DNA of 64,000 nucleotides from Bugula neritina (GCA_964035545.1 OZ037768.1:11006741-11070740), one strand, 5' to 3'. Shown: positions 28,401 to 43,100, counted from the stretch's first letter. Made by a program: numbers and translations. The notes: a model not told the origin generated them from the sequence alone.

Positions 28401-30015
28401 TATCACTATCAGTTACTCACAAGTCACAAAACCAAGTCGGTGACTAGTCAATATTCTGAAGGCCCATTACTCCAAAGGTCCCTTAGTCCGAAATTAGTAG
28501 ATACAGGACAGTTGAGGGCATTTTCACTATCATAAATTTCACTTCGGAATAATGATCCGTCCCCAACCAAATCACACTCATACTGGTACTTATAGTAATA
28601 AGGCGGTCATAGGCCATAGTGATACTGATAGTCATACTGATAGCAGTAGAGTACACAAGTCATCTCGTACACAAGTCGTTCGTACACAAAAATGGTCGTT
28701 TTGTACACAAACTGCTGTACACATAATGAATAATAAATTAACCACAAACCCGAATAATAAAAAATATGCATTTAAGTTAATTTATATGAATGTGTACAAA
28801 ACGACCTAAATAATTGGGTACGAGAATACTCTCAGATGAAGAACGCCATGAAACGCTTTCATCTGCTTATGATGAACTATTAAATTCAAATCTTTCAATA
28901 AACACTCGATCTGCTAAGAGAGGAGAACCAACATCAATTTCTTCATCCTCACAGATCTTTCACAACAGTTTTCTCCCTCGAAGCATTAGAGATTTGAGGA
29001 TACCGCCTCATAACACAAACTCAGCTTAGCTATGTGCTAAAACCCTTTACATTACAATTAAAATATCCAAACTTAGCTACATGCTAGAATAAATATATTT
29101 CAACACATGATAAACCCAAACAAAAACAACTTAAGAGGCACTCATAACTTTGCGCCTGTAGGTGTTAGCAGAGTGTTCTAATTTTTACGAAGTGAGTTAC
29201 GAGGTGAGTTATGAAACGACTCGGACTTGTGTACAAAACCACCAGCACTCATACCATAGGCCTAGGGCACAACATGAACATGAGAGATTGTATTTTCACT
29301 TTTTAGACTTACTCTTAATATTAAAATTTTAAATTCAAATTGAAAATCAAAATGAAGTTGGTGGTTTAGGTTATAAAAGATCAAGTTAATGTAATAAGTA
29401 ATAGCATAAAAGTAAAAGTAAAACATTAAGTTAACCTAAGGCTAAACTTTAATATTAATAACCTAAAGCACCAATTTCATTTTGATTTTCAATATGAATT
29501 AGAATTATAATAAAATTGTTATCAAAATTAAGCTATTATAATTATTAGTATTACTGTTACATTATAATCATTATTATAATTATTTAATAAATAATTTCAT
29601 TAAATAATAAATTAAAATTAAATAATAATATTAATTCGTAACAAAAATATTGAGCGCAATCACTGGTCTCAATAAATCTACTACAGGTATACAAAATTCT
29701 AAGATTAATTCTAAGATTAATTAGGGTTAATGTTGCGGTTAGGGTAAGATAAGCTGAAACTCAATTTGAAACTTACTCCTGATATTTTCTAGCAGGGCGA
29801 TTAGCTCGTGCTTTTGCAAAGTGATTAACTAATTTTTCAGAGCCTTGTCGATGAGATTCGATAGTTTCATTTGTATTTGATGAAGCCATTTTGGCAAACT
29901 GTCTTATATGTTTCAGTTGACTGATTAGTTTGTATATGTTGGAGATTTCAAGGTTTTGCAAATGATTGCGACAGAAAATATTTGAAATGCATGGAAACCG
30001 TATGGGTGCTGCCAT
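19439..30015 (-). CDS. ELAC2: Ribonuclease Z long form (tRNA 3' endonuclease)
   Basis: About 17 exons between 30015-29777 and 19715-19439. Motifs in order: YLFNCGDG (~27840), LEHILIT, IHGP, exosite KP/GPW, VVLECP, LVHLTP, IFPLL, MLGSSASVNTKTRNVSG, LLDCG, IFVSHGHADHH (HxHxDH, ~22750), VYTGDTMPC, LIHEATF, HSTT, LTHFSSRYP, and C-terminal RKRK. Confidence 0.95.
24503..24574 (-). repeat. 4 x 18-bp tandem repeat spanning an ELAC2 exon/intron junction
   Basis: Minus-strand unit GGGAGCAMCAG|GTAAGC; candidate exon ends at 24563, 24545, 24527 and 24509. Confidence 0.85.
26059..26833. repeat. 16-bp minisatellite, about 48 copies (TACTTACTCTAGTRTG), starting at an ELAC2 splice donor
   Basis: Near-perfect 16-nt periodicity; the rightmost TACTTAC is the GTAAGTA donor of the exon ending at 26834. 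Confidence 0.95.
28655..29245. mobile_element. GTCGTTTCGTACAC-type MITE containing a LINE ORF2 3' fragment (~28830-29030, +)
   Basis: Same subrepeats as 17437-17941. The insert translates TRSAKRGEP...IFHNSFLPRSIRDLR, resembling the SF.PRTI.D C-terminus of CR1/L2-group ORF2. Confidence 0.5.
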
Positions 30016-31172
30016 ATTTTTACATAGCGATTTATTAGAGTCGCTAAATCGTACAATGTATAATAATTCCCCAAAACTTCAATTAACCTCGCACGCCTTT
30101 TAAAATACCATAACTATGTATAATTTAGATGGGTATAATTTTTGTCTACATAAATAATGCTACAGCGGTCTGCTATTAATTCTTGTGAAAGACATGTTGG
30201 TAAAGTACAACAGGCAACTGCTGCTTGTAGTGATAGCAATGCTTTTATAATAGGGTTGAATTTTAATTAAAAATCAAACTGTTGCTGGTTATTGCCTTTT
30301 ATTACTGGCAAGGGAGGAGATTCTACCTTGCATTTGGCAAACATTCAATGTGTTTCTTAATTCAAAATTAAATGAAAGATAATTAATGACCCATGGGATA
30401 TGTTTCACAGGTCAGCAACCATTGCAATAATAAAGTGGGAAACTGGCCATAATATTTATTTTATTTGTTAACAATTACTGAGGTATATTTTGATCCAATG
30501 TTTAAAACCATGCTTGCAAACATTAGATAGAAAATAATTAATTATATAATAGATTTAAATATAACTAACTTCTTAATACAATAATCTATACCTATACAAA
30601 CTATGTACATATACAAAAAAAGTACATATAGAACAGAAAATACTATATACAAACTTCACTATATAAAAAATTACATCTCTTATATTCTCACAACAAATAG
30701 GGTCAATAACAGTGGGAGATCACGGAACTATCAGCATTTTGATTCTTTTAACTCCAGCTTTAAAACAGTCCAATTTTGATGCTAAAAAAATCTAGCATTA
30801 TAAACTTCAAAGTACCTTATTTGAATAAAAACAAAAACATTCAAGATCTGAAACATAAATAAATTTGCGAAAATGTAAATACTGCAACTGTTGCATCAGT
30901 TATAAACTAAAAACATATTACACGCTCTGTAGCAGTAAAGCAATTTAATAAAAGATCAATGAGGGTTTGGGTTTGATAAATTATAGATATGATGTATTGC
31001 ATGCTATGTAGTGGTAATAAAATATCAACTTAATGGGTATGTTGAACATACGGTTACTATATTATTTCTCTTCCCCGATTTGTCTGTACATTGAAATAAA
31101 ATGATATTCAAATTGATGGTAGGTTATACACAAGTAGTGTAAATACTGGTGAGTTGAGCACAGTTAGAGATG

Positions 31173-34100
31173 TTACTTAGGAGATCGTGAGAAGATGCAG
31201 TGAGAGGAGGCGACAGAGTTGAGTCCGCTATCACACAGGGCAACATACAGAGAACCAAAGCTACATTTCGAAGGAAATCTCTCTTTCCACTTGAGTAGCA
31301 TTTGATATGAGCACTCTCTCATGTCCTTGTAGGCATATTCTACCTGCTTCAAGTCTTCTTCGGGCACACTCAGGTTTCTTCCTAGTGACTTCCATTGCTG
31401 GTTTATAAACTGTGAGATTTTCCATAGTTCACTTGTGCCAAGTGGCTGCAATACATCAATACAATAGTTCAAAGCAATAAACACTACTTGAGAAAGTGAA
31501 ATATGCATATACACCATAAGTATAGGAATTCCAACAGTAAATATTATTGGCATTCTAGTGTAGCCAAAGCAATGTTAGTCTTAAAATATATATTATATTT
31601 CTAAAACTTTAATTCCTAGAAGAGTTATGAAGCACCCTAATATCTAGAAACATAAAATGAAGATGTTTGTTAATTGCTAGATGAAATGAAGTCACAAAGC
31701 TTTTCTTCATATTAAAAGTAAAAAAATAAATGTTGATGGAAGTAACCACAAATAAACTCTGGTAAAGTAATATTCACCTGCTTGGAGTTCCTGTGCATTT
31801 GATCTTCATGGTATGATGAATAGCTAGAGGCAGCACTCTCGGACATATCAGATCGCTGTCGCTTTTTGTTTGTAGCTCCAGTAAAATTACCGCCAGGGTA
31901 TGTTCTCTTCTTTCTGGAAGGTGTGCTTGATTGGCTAGGACCTGTTAATAGCATGCCACAGTCATCATATATCATATTATTACACTCTAATTAGCTGATT
32001 TGATATAAGTGGCTCAGGCTAGAGGTTTTCAGCGTATGCGAGTTTAACCCTGGGTCATTTAAACTCACTAATGCAAAATCCTATCTAAACTTCTCACATC
32101 AGAAAACATGAGATCACTTCGACCACATTCTATTTCAATTAGAGCCGTATCTCATATTGGTGCATATTTTACCAGCTGATGTGTCGCTGTCTTCTTCACT
32201 AGTACTTCTAAACCCGCTGCCAGATGGGAATTTCTTGTACCCGACAGCATCTGTAGACGATGAGTCACCACCTATCCTGAACCCCCTTCCGACAGCGTAT
32301 AGAGCTTGCACAAACTCGTCAGGTGTACCTAAAGAAGTCCAGACTAGAATGTCACTTACAAATCAGCACAATAACAGTAGACATGAAATAATTTTACAGA
32401 AATAGTGAGAGATATCTGGCGGCTGCCAGTACTGAAAATCAAGAGAACAAATGAACAGTTGCTATTTCAGTTTTTATTGGTTGGTTTTTGTTGTATTGGA
32501 TGTAGCCCCTACTGGTTACAATGCTGATAAAATAACAATTTCTATAAAATATTGTCTACAAACAATATTCAACAAAGGTTTTAGTACTAAATAATATTTT
32601 GTGTTCTTAACCATCAACAGCTGGGTCCAAGTCACGCAAGTCAAGCTAATGGCTAATCAAACCAAGTTAAGCAATGTTAACTCAGTTAAGCCAGTTTGAA
32701 CTGATTTACAAGTTTTTAAAAAATTCAATTTACATATATTTAGCAAAATTGGGTACTAAATAGCACCCGTTGGGCAGTTCAAATGAAAAAATTTCTTACC
32801 TTGATTTCAATTACTTGAGATTTATATTTATCTATAATCAAAAAATTTTACTAGAACAACTCCCTCTCATACCAATACATTACAATAGCAGTTATTATTT
32901 AACAGTGCTAACTAAAAGTGTAAGTAGTAGCTAGTAACTACTAACTAGTAACCATAACTAGTTGTTTGACTCATCTAATCCAGTATTTCTAATTAAACGT
33001 GTATTTAATCATTAGGATATATAAAAAATCATCACTACATTTATATTTGTTTATAGTGTAGATTATCGAAAGTAAATTATGTATTTCAGATTTCTATTTT
33101 ACCAACTTTCAGATCATTCTCTAAGTCATTTAACTAGCAAGCTAAACTTCAGCAAGTATTTGAGACGTAGTAATTTGAACCCAGCGTTTAGTTCCCATAA
33201 ATACTTTTATTAATAATAACATGCCTTATTGCCACTATCATTATGTTTTTCCAAAATCATAAGACCTACAACTGTGTACAGATGGCTACACCTACTATTA
33301 ATAACTAGTAGACCAAGTCCTTGCCTAAACTTTTTGAAAATTTATTTAGTTAAGCATAAAAGTGCCAAATTTAGCTGTGCCATAATACAGCCATATAACG
33401 TACCTCCTCTGGCTTGAAATGCTCCCATTATAAGAGCAAATGGATCACTGGTTGAACTTAATCGATTTCGAATTTCATGTTTTGTAAAGCCGAGGTGTTT
33501 AGCAAATTCTTTCCAATTTTCATCTGTGGTGATGCCAAGCATACCTTAGCAAATAAATTACAACCATTGTAAAACCATCTTACTGAAATGCAACATATAA
33601 CCTGGCTTACACGTTATGTTTTATTGGAATATTTGGCTTCAAGTTGATTACACTAAATCAAAAATTATAAACTCAAATTGCTTCATGAAGTAATGCCGTG
33701 AGGTAGAAATTTTCAACTAGTAAAATGAAACTATAAATGTTCAACTGAAATACCAGAATTTAAACAGTAGAGCATATAATTACGCAAGTTGAAGAAGGGA
33801 ACTAGTGTATCTCTGAAGGAAATACTAGTGTCATACTAAGATTAGGGGGCTGACCTTGTGGTAAAGTATAAACTTACTGGCTAATTCCCGCGTAGCCATT
33901 AATGACCAACCATCTGTATTGTCAAACTGAAATTCTCCTTCATTGCCACACTTGGTCAAGTTAAACTCAAAGATATTCTCATTGAAACCTGACGCTTTTC
34001 TTTCCACAATACATTTACCAAACACTCCTTTCTTGACTGGCTCACCCTAAAGAATCGTAAAGAAGAAAACTTGTACAACAACAAAATTAAATCTAGTTTC

Positions 34101-37100
34101 AATTAGTAGGCAATGAAAAATTGAGAGGCTAGCAATTGTTTAACCAGCATTGCAGCTGCAACTGCAGTTAGAGTGGCATAATGTTGATCCAACTTCAGAC
34201 CCAATCAATAAAAAATATTGGCTTGGCAAACTTTCATCAAGATGAAAGTTTTCTTTGCTTTCTATTGTTACACAGTCGGTTATGAGATCTAAATTCTTAC
34301 ATTAACTTTCCAAAATTGTCATTCCAACTTCACACAACTATTATGAAACCTTAACATAAACTAACAAGTGTTAACTTAAAAAACAGCTTAGCCTATAGCA
34401 TTTGACTAATAAAGCCTCAGCATCGTCATTACACACTAAAACGTCTGTCATTTTATTTTATACAAGCTCTTTTCTAACGGAAGAATTTCACATGAACTAA
34501 CTTGTAACATGATATAAGATAATATTTTATATTATAGTACAAAGTAGTCAAACCATAACAATAATGTGCAGCGTAACACAACCCTATTGTAGGCCAACAG
34601 AGCTTCCATTAGCATGTTTATCGGTTAGTTTTATCTGCGTATTACCATAAATTTAAAACCATTCAAATATTTCTAAAATGAACTTTTTGAGATGTAAACT
34701 AGAAAATGAATAACACAAATCTCACATCTCTGATTACCTTATAAACACAAGCAAACTGCTTTTCAAACTCCAAACCATGAAAATCAGATTCTTCTTTGAG
34801 AAGTTGTGCACTCTCACCATGAAGAGTGTCGGCCTCGAAATCATTGGATACCAGTTTTATTACTATAGCTCCTGAAACCACAGACACATATACACTTTGT
34901 ACTGGTTGTGAACATTTCATATGCATGAAAATCTGGGCTTAAATATCATTTTAATACAAAAAACTCAGGCAGGTTGATAGTCACCCATGAGAACCTCTGA
35001 TGGAAAGAGTTATTTAAAGTGAGCTACGGACTTATTTATATGTGGCACAGGATATATCGATATTTTACATTTATAAAGTTCTGCTAAACTGAGGAGTTGT
35101 ACTGTCAATCCTTGTATAAAACCTCCAATTAATGCTTTACTTGTTGCATGTTTATAGTTTAAATTTGTTCCTAATTGTTCCCATTGTTTGATGAGCCAAC
35201 CGTAAACAAGCTGGTAACCTAGCAACTGCTTGCACTCTTGTAAACAAAGTCAATAAGCGTGTCTACTCCTATGACAGTATTCTAACAATTTCAATAGTAG
35301 CACACATACACTAAAAGCATTATGAAAGTTTCCAGCATTCATCAGATATTTAAAATACATTTATACTGTATTCCTTGCTTCAGCAACAACTACTGATTAA
35401 TCCAGCTGTGACTCTCATGTAGTAAAGCAAAACAAGTCAAGTTTTCTTCAAAAAACATTTACATTTAATAAAAAGCCGATGTTTACTTCAAAAAAACCTT
35501 GAAAAATTGTAAAACAAAACAAACAGTCATAATAAGTTAACACGGACTGACCTGGTCTAACAAACTTTGGCTTTAAACTCCCACCAACTCTATGTTTATA
35601 GTTTCCTACTTCAGGCAGTTTTTTGTCACTGCGATAACATATTATCTGCATTGACAAGATAAAAGCATTAGCTTGCATATTAATTACATTACCACTATTG
35701 CAACTATTGCAATACAGCATTGGAACTGAACACTTGAGTAACATTAATAATTGCACACATTTGCCAACTATATATTGTACACCATGTAAAAACAGATACT
35801 TTGACAGGACAAATTTCAGGCTATCAAAAAACTAGATGGTTCCTTAAAACCCAAAGTGGAAGTAAGAGTGAAATTAGTTGAGACAATATGAGCTTAACTT
35901 TACCTTAACTCACAAGTACTAAACCAATGGTTTAAACTAGAAACATACTTGTCATTATGATACTACTATGTAGGTAGAAATCAGAGCTTCAACGAGTTAG
36001 ATTCATTTTTGTAGACAGAACTAAAGTTCTTAGCATGGCTACATAATATAACTGTGTTTATGGCTGTATATTACTCCAATTAAGTTTTTAATTTTGTTAT
36101 CAACATCACAAATATTAAAACAAGAAAATAAAATTAAGTTAACAAAAGCACTAAAAAGCGAATTAACAAAAACTGATGTCTAACCTCAAGGCCAAAGCTT
36201 CGAGTATCTGCTGTTTCATCCATCATAGCTGTACACATCATTGCAAACCGGATATAAGGATAGAAATATGACACGCCTACTTTAGCACCATGCATAGTGG
36301 ATGAAAGTATATCCCACACGGCTTTATACCATGAAAAATGTCTCACAGGAAATACAATGACACGTGTTCCGTCACTTTCTTGTTTCACTTGATATTCTAC
36401 CAGACAAGGCTGCCACGTTATTGGCTCATCTTCTCCCGTAGGAGAATGATAGATTGTAAGAGAACGGCTAGGTTCAAGGTCAAATTTCCTGGTGATCTCG
36501 TCACAATCCGGTAGAGGTAGTTGTATAATCACATCTTTATTAAATTCCACGCCGTGTGGACCCAACATTATAATAGGGGTGGCTAATGCGTTCCCCTCTT
36601 TCTCTTGGCCAGTCTCAGCCTCAGGTACTGTAGGGTCGTCCGAGTAGAATACTTTGACTTTCGCTTCAAACTCATCGGCCAATGAGTGATCAGGGAAATG
36701 AACTTTGACACCTTTAACTTCCTTGAGCTCTAGTGTTGTAGGTTCACCGACTAAAACTGGTTTCACGAGTTCAGGATATGGGCAGGATACTATGGCTGTG
36801 TAGAGGCTGAAGTGCCAAGCCCTAATCATCACCTACAGAGAGATGACAAGTAATAACAATCTGCAGTCCTCACTCTGTCTCCATGCACTATTAGAGGTGT
36901 GAGCAACAAAAACCTTAGAGCAAAACTGGTGACTTCTAAGTGTAGGTAAGTGGATTCTGTAATGCAACTTGCAACTGAAATATACTGTGAAGACAGCCAC
37001 TATAAGATAAATATGCACAGAAGGGATTGATGAGTTTAAAAACTGCACAGAAACATTCTTCATCAAATTTAACTTTCAGAAACACCTTTGGCTATCAGTT

Positions 37101-40100
37101 TTGATTATGAAAGAATCATCAGCTGCTAAACAGCTGCTAAAAATTCTAGATTTGCTTAAAGTTTATATTTTTTTTCCAACCATACAAAATGGCTACTGCC
37201 TTTAAATGCAGCTAGAAACTGAAATTTTCAACCATAAAGTTTTGATTTGAGAATTCATCATCATTCAGGGTGGCAATTTTCACTGATTATTGATTCCTTT
37301 GAACTTGAGAGGGTGCAAAGAAACCAAATAACAGGCAAGGAAAGGTAAACTAGTACAACAGATAGCAGCCACATTTGGCGACATGCCAACTTAACAAGCC
37401 ACGAGGACAACTACTTGGTAGACAAATGATGGGCAACATAAATTCAATCTCTACAAACTTCATACAGTGTCATTACATACTATACCTACAGATAGGCGAC
37501 TGCACCAACTCCTAAAATTATGGAGAACAGGAAAAAGCTGCCTTTATATTAACACATCAATTCTGGTTTGTAACCCGTGAATTTCTAAGAAATTAAGGAG
37601 AAAATGAAATAATGCCTATCAGTGTCTCATTTATTGTTGCGAACCATGAATTCTTATTAAACCAAAAAGTACGAGTAAAATAACTTGAAACTTTAAATGT
37701 TGACAATAAATTAAATAGTTTACACCAGACCAGGATTACAGACCTTGCTCTCTTTAGCCATGTAGTGATAGTGAGACTTGGGTAGGGGTTGCCAGTCAGG
37801 AATTTCACCTTCTCTTGTATCACTGCACAGACAGACTATCTTCTCAGGGTCTTCAATGTGAGCCCCTAGTGGCAGGTAGATCAGAGCTGGCTCATCCTCG
37901 TAGAACTTAGCACCGTGAGGTCCGAGGGAAACCACCTACAACAAATATGGCATAACACACTTAGGCCTACTGTGTTTATAGCTCATTGTCTTAATATGAT
38001 AATAACAGGCACATTCGTTTGTGTAATTGTATCACAAGTCATATTCTCAAAAATAACACAGTATTGGAGCAACTTTTTTGTAAATGTGGTTTCAGCTTAG
38101 GAACAGGAAGTAATTTAACACCTTTATTATTATTCAACTTTAAAAATAACAACTTTATGTCATTCAATAACTCAACAACTGTTATAGCAAACTATTACTA
38201 TTATGAACATAGAGTATTAATCTTAAAAAACAAAAACCTTAACATAAATTCCTCCCCTTTGACACTCAGCTGCACCTGAAGGAACGGAGGCTATGAGTGA
38301 ATAACTCTCACCTGACTGGCGTGCATGGCGGTTCTCTCGGATAGAACTGGCGTGTAATACAGATCCTCAACAACATTCAGAGTAAACTCGTCAGGTGTGT
38401 ATGCATTCATGTTATTACCAGGAATAAGAGCAGTAACTTTCTTGTACTTCAACATCCGAGAACGGTCTGGTAGCGTTTTACCAAACCTAAAATAAAATAT
38501 CATCAGTCCATTTTTACAAGCTCTATAGTATGTATAAAAAGTACTGTGCATGAATACATTTAAAAGGTGGAAGAAAGCATAATAGCTGCGAATACATCCA
38601 GTGTTTGTGTATTCGTGGTGTTATGCTGGTATTTCAACAATCTGAATCAACTAGCAGAGTGTGAGGCAACTTTCAGTTAAAATTCCGTTAATCCAAATAT
38701 CAAAGTATTTAAAGGCTGTTGGAGTCAAAGTTCATCTCTTCTATTTTTCAAAACGCTTTCCTCTCAAAACTGCAAACCCAAACACCAAATTTACTTCCAT
38801 CAGCTTTATAGATGTCCTAATTTTGGTTTCCAAGCCCAAAATCTCGGCATACATTGAATTGTGAGACTAAAAATAAAACATGGAAGAAGAAGGTTCATTC
38901 GACTAACTCTGACCTTTCAAAGTAGCTGTCATCTTCATCAGAGTCCGTGCTGACGTGCCTCAGAGTGCTGCCCTCCTCCAAGTAAGCAGAGCTGTCGTCT
39001 GAACCAACCGACAGCTCGCTGTCGCTGTTGTAATCGCCGTGACAACTAGAAGAGTCAGTCCAGCCATTGCTGGAGAGGCAGCCAACCGCCTCACCCTCTC
39101 CATTCGCTGAAGCAGAACCTGAACACGTGCATGTGCCGTAATCACTAGTCACAGACCTTCTCACTGATACACTCGAAGGTTTACTCTCATTATTGGTCTG
39201 AGTTTCACTAATCTAGAAAATTATAGAGACAATCATAGGAAAGGACGCGGTGACATAACTGCTCATGTACTGCACCAAAAGTCTTCAAGCTATATGATTT
39301 GAAGCAAAGTTCATAACAACCATTAGAGCTTTCACAGAGAATAAGGCTAGATTTTTGTGGACAAATTCTTCATGAAAATATTTTCAATTGTTAATTTATT
39401 ATTTTTAATGGTTAATTTTCCTAGAAAATTGTAGCATTCAGGGGTTGCTGTTGAACAGCAGAGGTGTCCTTATACCTTATGAAATGAGAATTGTATAGAG
39501 ACATTGATTACTGAGCCACCACAAAGTCCCACAGCTCAAGGGCCAAGCGAAAGAAATATTCAGATAATGACTCTACTCTTTTTTCCTTGGTACTATGGAT
39601 GGTTGACACACATACTATAACTTTATCAGCTTCAAAAACTATTTGGGCTCATCATTCATAACAGAATAAAAACTGAGTTGAGCCTTGCTGCAAATCATCA
39701 ACAACATCTAATAGTCCTTGTAACGTAGAACTAATTTCAACTACAACAAACGCTGAAGAGGAAAAAGCAAAATTTGCAACAACTTACTTGCAGGGATCTC
39801 ATGAACCGATCTATGGTGCACATCTGGCACTTTCTCCACTCACTGTTAGCTCGGGATATAACACAATCTTTCTTCAGCATTGACGATCCTAGAATAAAAA
39901 GACAGCCCCTATAACTAATAGTCTGCAGCTTGCTGGAGCCTAAGAAATGGCCAATCACGCCTGTCATGTTAGGCAACCAGTCACCAAGGTGATATTGTGA
40001 GTAAATAAAACAAAGCACAGGATTATAACCACTTCTTAATAGTAATAGTAAATTAAGTTATGAGTAGTAACTCGTTAACAATGCCAGTATGAGGAATATG

Positions 40101-43100
40101 CATATTTTTGCTTGGCTTGGAATTCTAATTTCTAATTTGACATTCGGGTCTATAACATGGATGCCGCATTTCACAGGCTAAAAGTGTGTATCTACTAAAT
40201 TGAATGCTACTGAAGAGCTTGCAATTCTTTAACTTTCAGAATTACTGCCAGGTACACAACACCGACATTATGTTATAAATATTTACTGATATCTTAAAAC
40301 CCAACTCATATTGTAATATTATCTACAACTAATGAAATTAATAACTTAATTATTGAAAAATTGTTTTAAACTTTAATATTGGTAAAAAAATTGTTAGCAG
40401 CTATTACTGAGTAAAATACTCCTTTGAATTCATTCATTGCCTTCATGACCGGGTGAGAGCAAAAACTCCCAGTTCATCAGTGACACCTATTGGTGTTTTT
40501 AAGCTAATGAACCAGCTATTAAACACTTAGCAAATAAACTATCAGCTACTCGACATGATGTAAAGTAATCTTTTTTTTGCATAATATTACGTTATTCCTA
40601 CTATTTGAAACAATACTTCAAGGGCTCATTCTATAGTAACTAATCATTTTGTTAGGGTTGAGGCTCAGCGTTCATGTGCCAGAATACTGGTAGCTAATAA
40701 CTTCTACATTGCATAAACATTATAATAATTTCATTAGACTACTGACTATAATGGGCAGAGGGGCTGAAGAAAGTGGGGAGACGAGAACCAGCAGTTGCAG
40801 TTTGATAGCACGAACAAAGCAGCAGTATAAAATAAAAGTTTCTACTCTCCACTTTGGATGAGCTCATAAGAAGGGCCATATTAACATTAAATGAATGAAT
40901 TCAACACAACAGACATGTATGTTGAAAACGGTGTTGGTGCATTTAATGCAAAAAATTAGGCAAATAAAGGGAGTGAAAACAGTATTGACAGGAGCTGAAT
41001 TTCAGATTGATATAACAAACCATCTTCAATCATAAATTATATTTGGGGCAGTAAAAATATACACCCTCCAATAGGGTTCTTATTAAAAATTTTAGCACTA
41101 CAATGTCTTTTGTGTATAAACAACAAAAGCTAATATTCAACTGCAGCACTATTAATATTGTATAAATACTAGCTTGAAAACTAAGGGCTTATAAAAGTTA
41201 CATAACCCGGGACTTCTGGGGGCAATTATTAATTTTAGTTGATTAATGTCAATTCAATTTCAACTATAATTATGTCAATTGTAGAATAATGTCAGTGCTG
41301 GAATAACACTATTGGGTAAATGGTTATCAGTATAGTTGGTGTTGATGCTTCCATAATTGGTATTGATGGTTTAATTAGTTGTTAGCAACCACTAAACTAA
41401 CAGGTGGCCGATATTTGTAGGATATTTGTGGGGTATTTGTGAGATAAAGATAACTTTATAGTATACAGTTTATACTTTATATGATCTAAACTGGTCTTAT
41501 AATTTTATATTTTGCCCAGCATTTTGATTACTACAAATTGAGGTGAAAAACATTTTAATATAATGAATGTCTTATATTTTCAACTTAGTTTTAAAAAGAA
41601 GCATTTTGACATACCTTAAAAAATATCCGGTGGGACATTCTTCACAGAACTCGTGACGGTGGCAACTATTGTTGTATTGAATGTCAGTAAAAATCCTCAG
41701 GTAAATAATGGTGTAGCTGTCAATTAGATCCTAACAAAGCAGTATTATAAATCCCATCTTTTATGAGTGAATTCGTATATAATAGGGAAAGTAAATCCAG
41801 ATAAGTTTTTCAAACCAAGCCACTGCCTATAAAAGAAATAACTCATGAATATACCTTTTCAAATTAATCTACCTTCATCATTGTATTTAAAAAGACAATG
41901 TACAATAATAATTGGCATAGTAAGATGATAGCCATCTTAATATGTATAGTTAGTTATAATACAACTTATAATGTATAATATTAGATACAAGATTATAAGT
42001 GTTTTGTAATTAGCTAACTAATTAGCTGTAAAAGTAAAAACATATTTACATGTAAGTTGCAGTATTAATTTTACTATAGATAGTGATATAAGTTACTAGC
42101 TTCAAATATACAATTAGGACGAGATTAATATATACATAATATATAATACATAATAACTAATACTACTAGTAACAAGTAAGTTTGAGTAAAACCAAGACTG
42201 CAGGTTTGATAATCAGTATTTATAGTATCAGTTGTAACAATAGTAAAAAGCACCTATACTATTACATAGACTGACACTATTACTATTAGTCACATTGCAT
42301 ATTGATATATTATCTTATGGTGATACACTACTTATTACTGATTACAGACAAAAATTATACTGCATACACTCATACAGTATACCCTATAGTTATAGACATT
42401 GGGTGTGCTATATACAGTATGAGTCCAGTATGAGTATAGCTTAGTAATAGTTATACTTATACTTATAGGCTATAGCAATAGTTGAACTTAATTCAAATAA
42501 ATACAAGTATAATTTATTAATTATTATGAGCATATAATTATAATTATTATTTAAAATTAATTTCTTATAGTTATTGGTTATTAATGCTATTAGTATTAGT
42601 ATTACTACTAGTATAACTATGTTATAATAATAATTTATATTATTATTATCATTATGATTAGCATTATGCTAGCAATACTAATAGTAATAGTATTACTAGT
42701 ATTGTGTTAGTAACATTATTATTGAGTAGTAACTATTAGTATTAACTATTAGGATTATATATAATTATATAGTAATTTACTATATAAGTATATAGTAAAG
42801 CTAAAAGTATGTTTACTTTTACTTTTAAATAATCATATTCATAATATTAATATAATGGTAATCATAATCTAAATCAGTAAATGTACTTTTAGTTTTACAT
42901 ATAAACTTAAGTTAGTAAGCTAGACTTTTACTTCAAGTTTAAAGCAACACTAACTGAGTAACTGTAAGAGTTACTGTTAGACTTAGTGTTGGCGTTGCTA
43001 CTTTTTATTTAAATCATTATGATTATCAACTTTAAGTTTAAGGTTAAATTTAAGTTTAAGTTCGAGTTGAGTTACAATAAACTAATTACAGCGGTATTCC

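Noticed and set aside
40410-41730. Exon-like segments (~41615-41730 and ~40410-40488) upstream in the PIDD-like gene
   Set aside because: Splice signals are plausible but I could not join them in frame without stops; they may be UTR or alternative exons and were not called.
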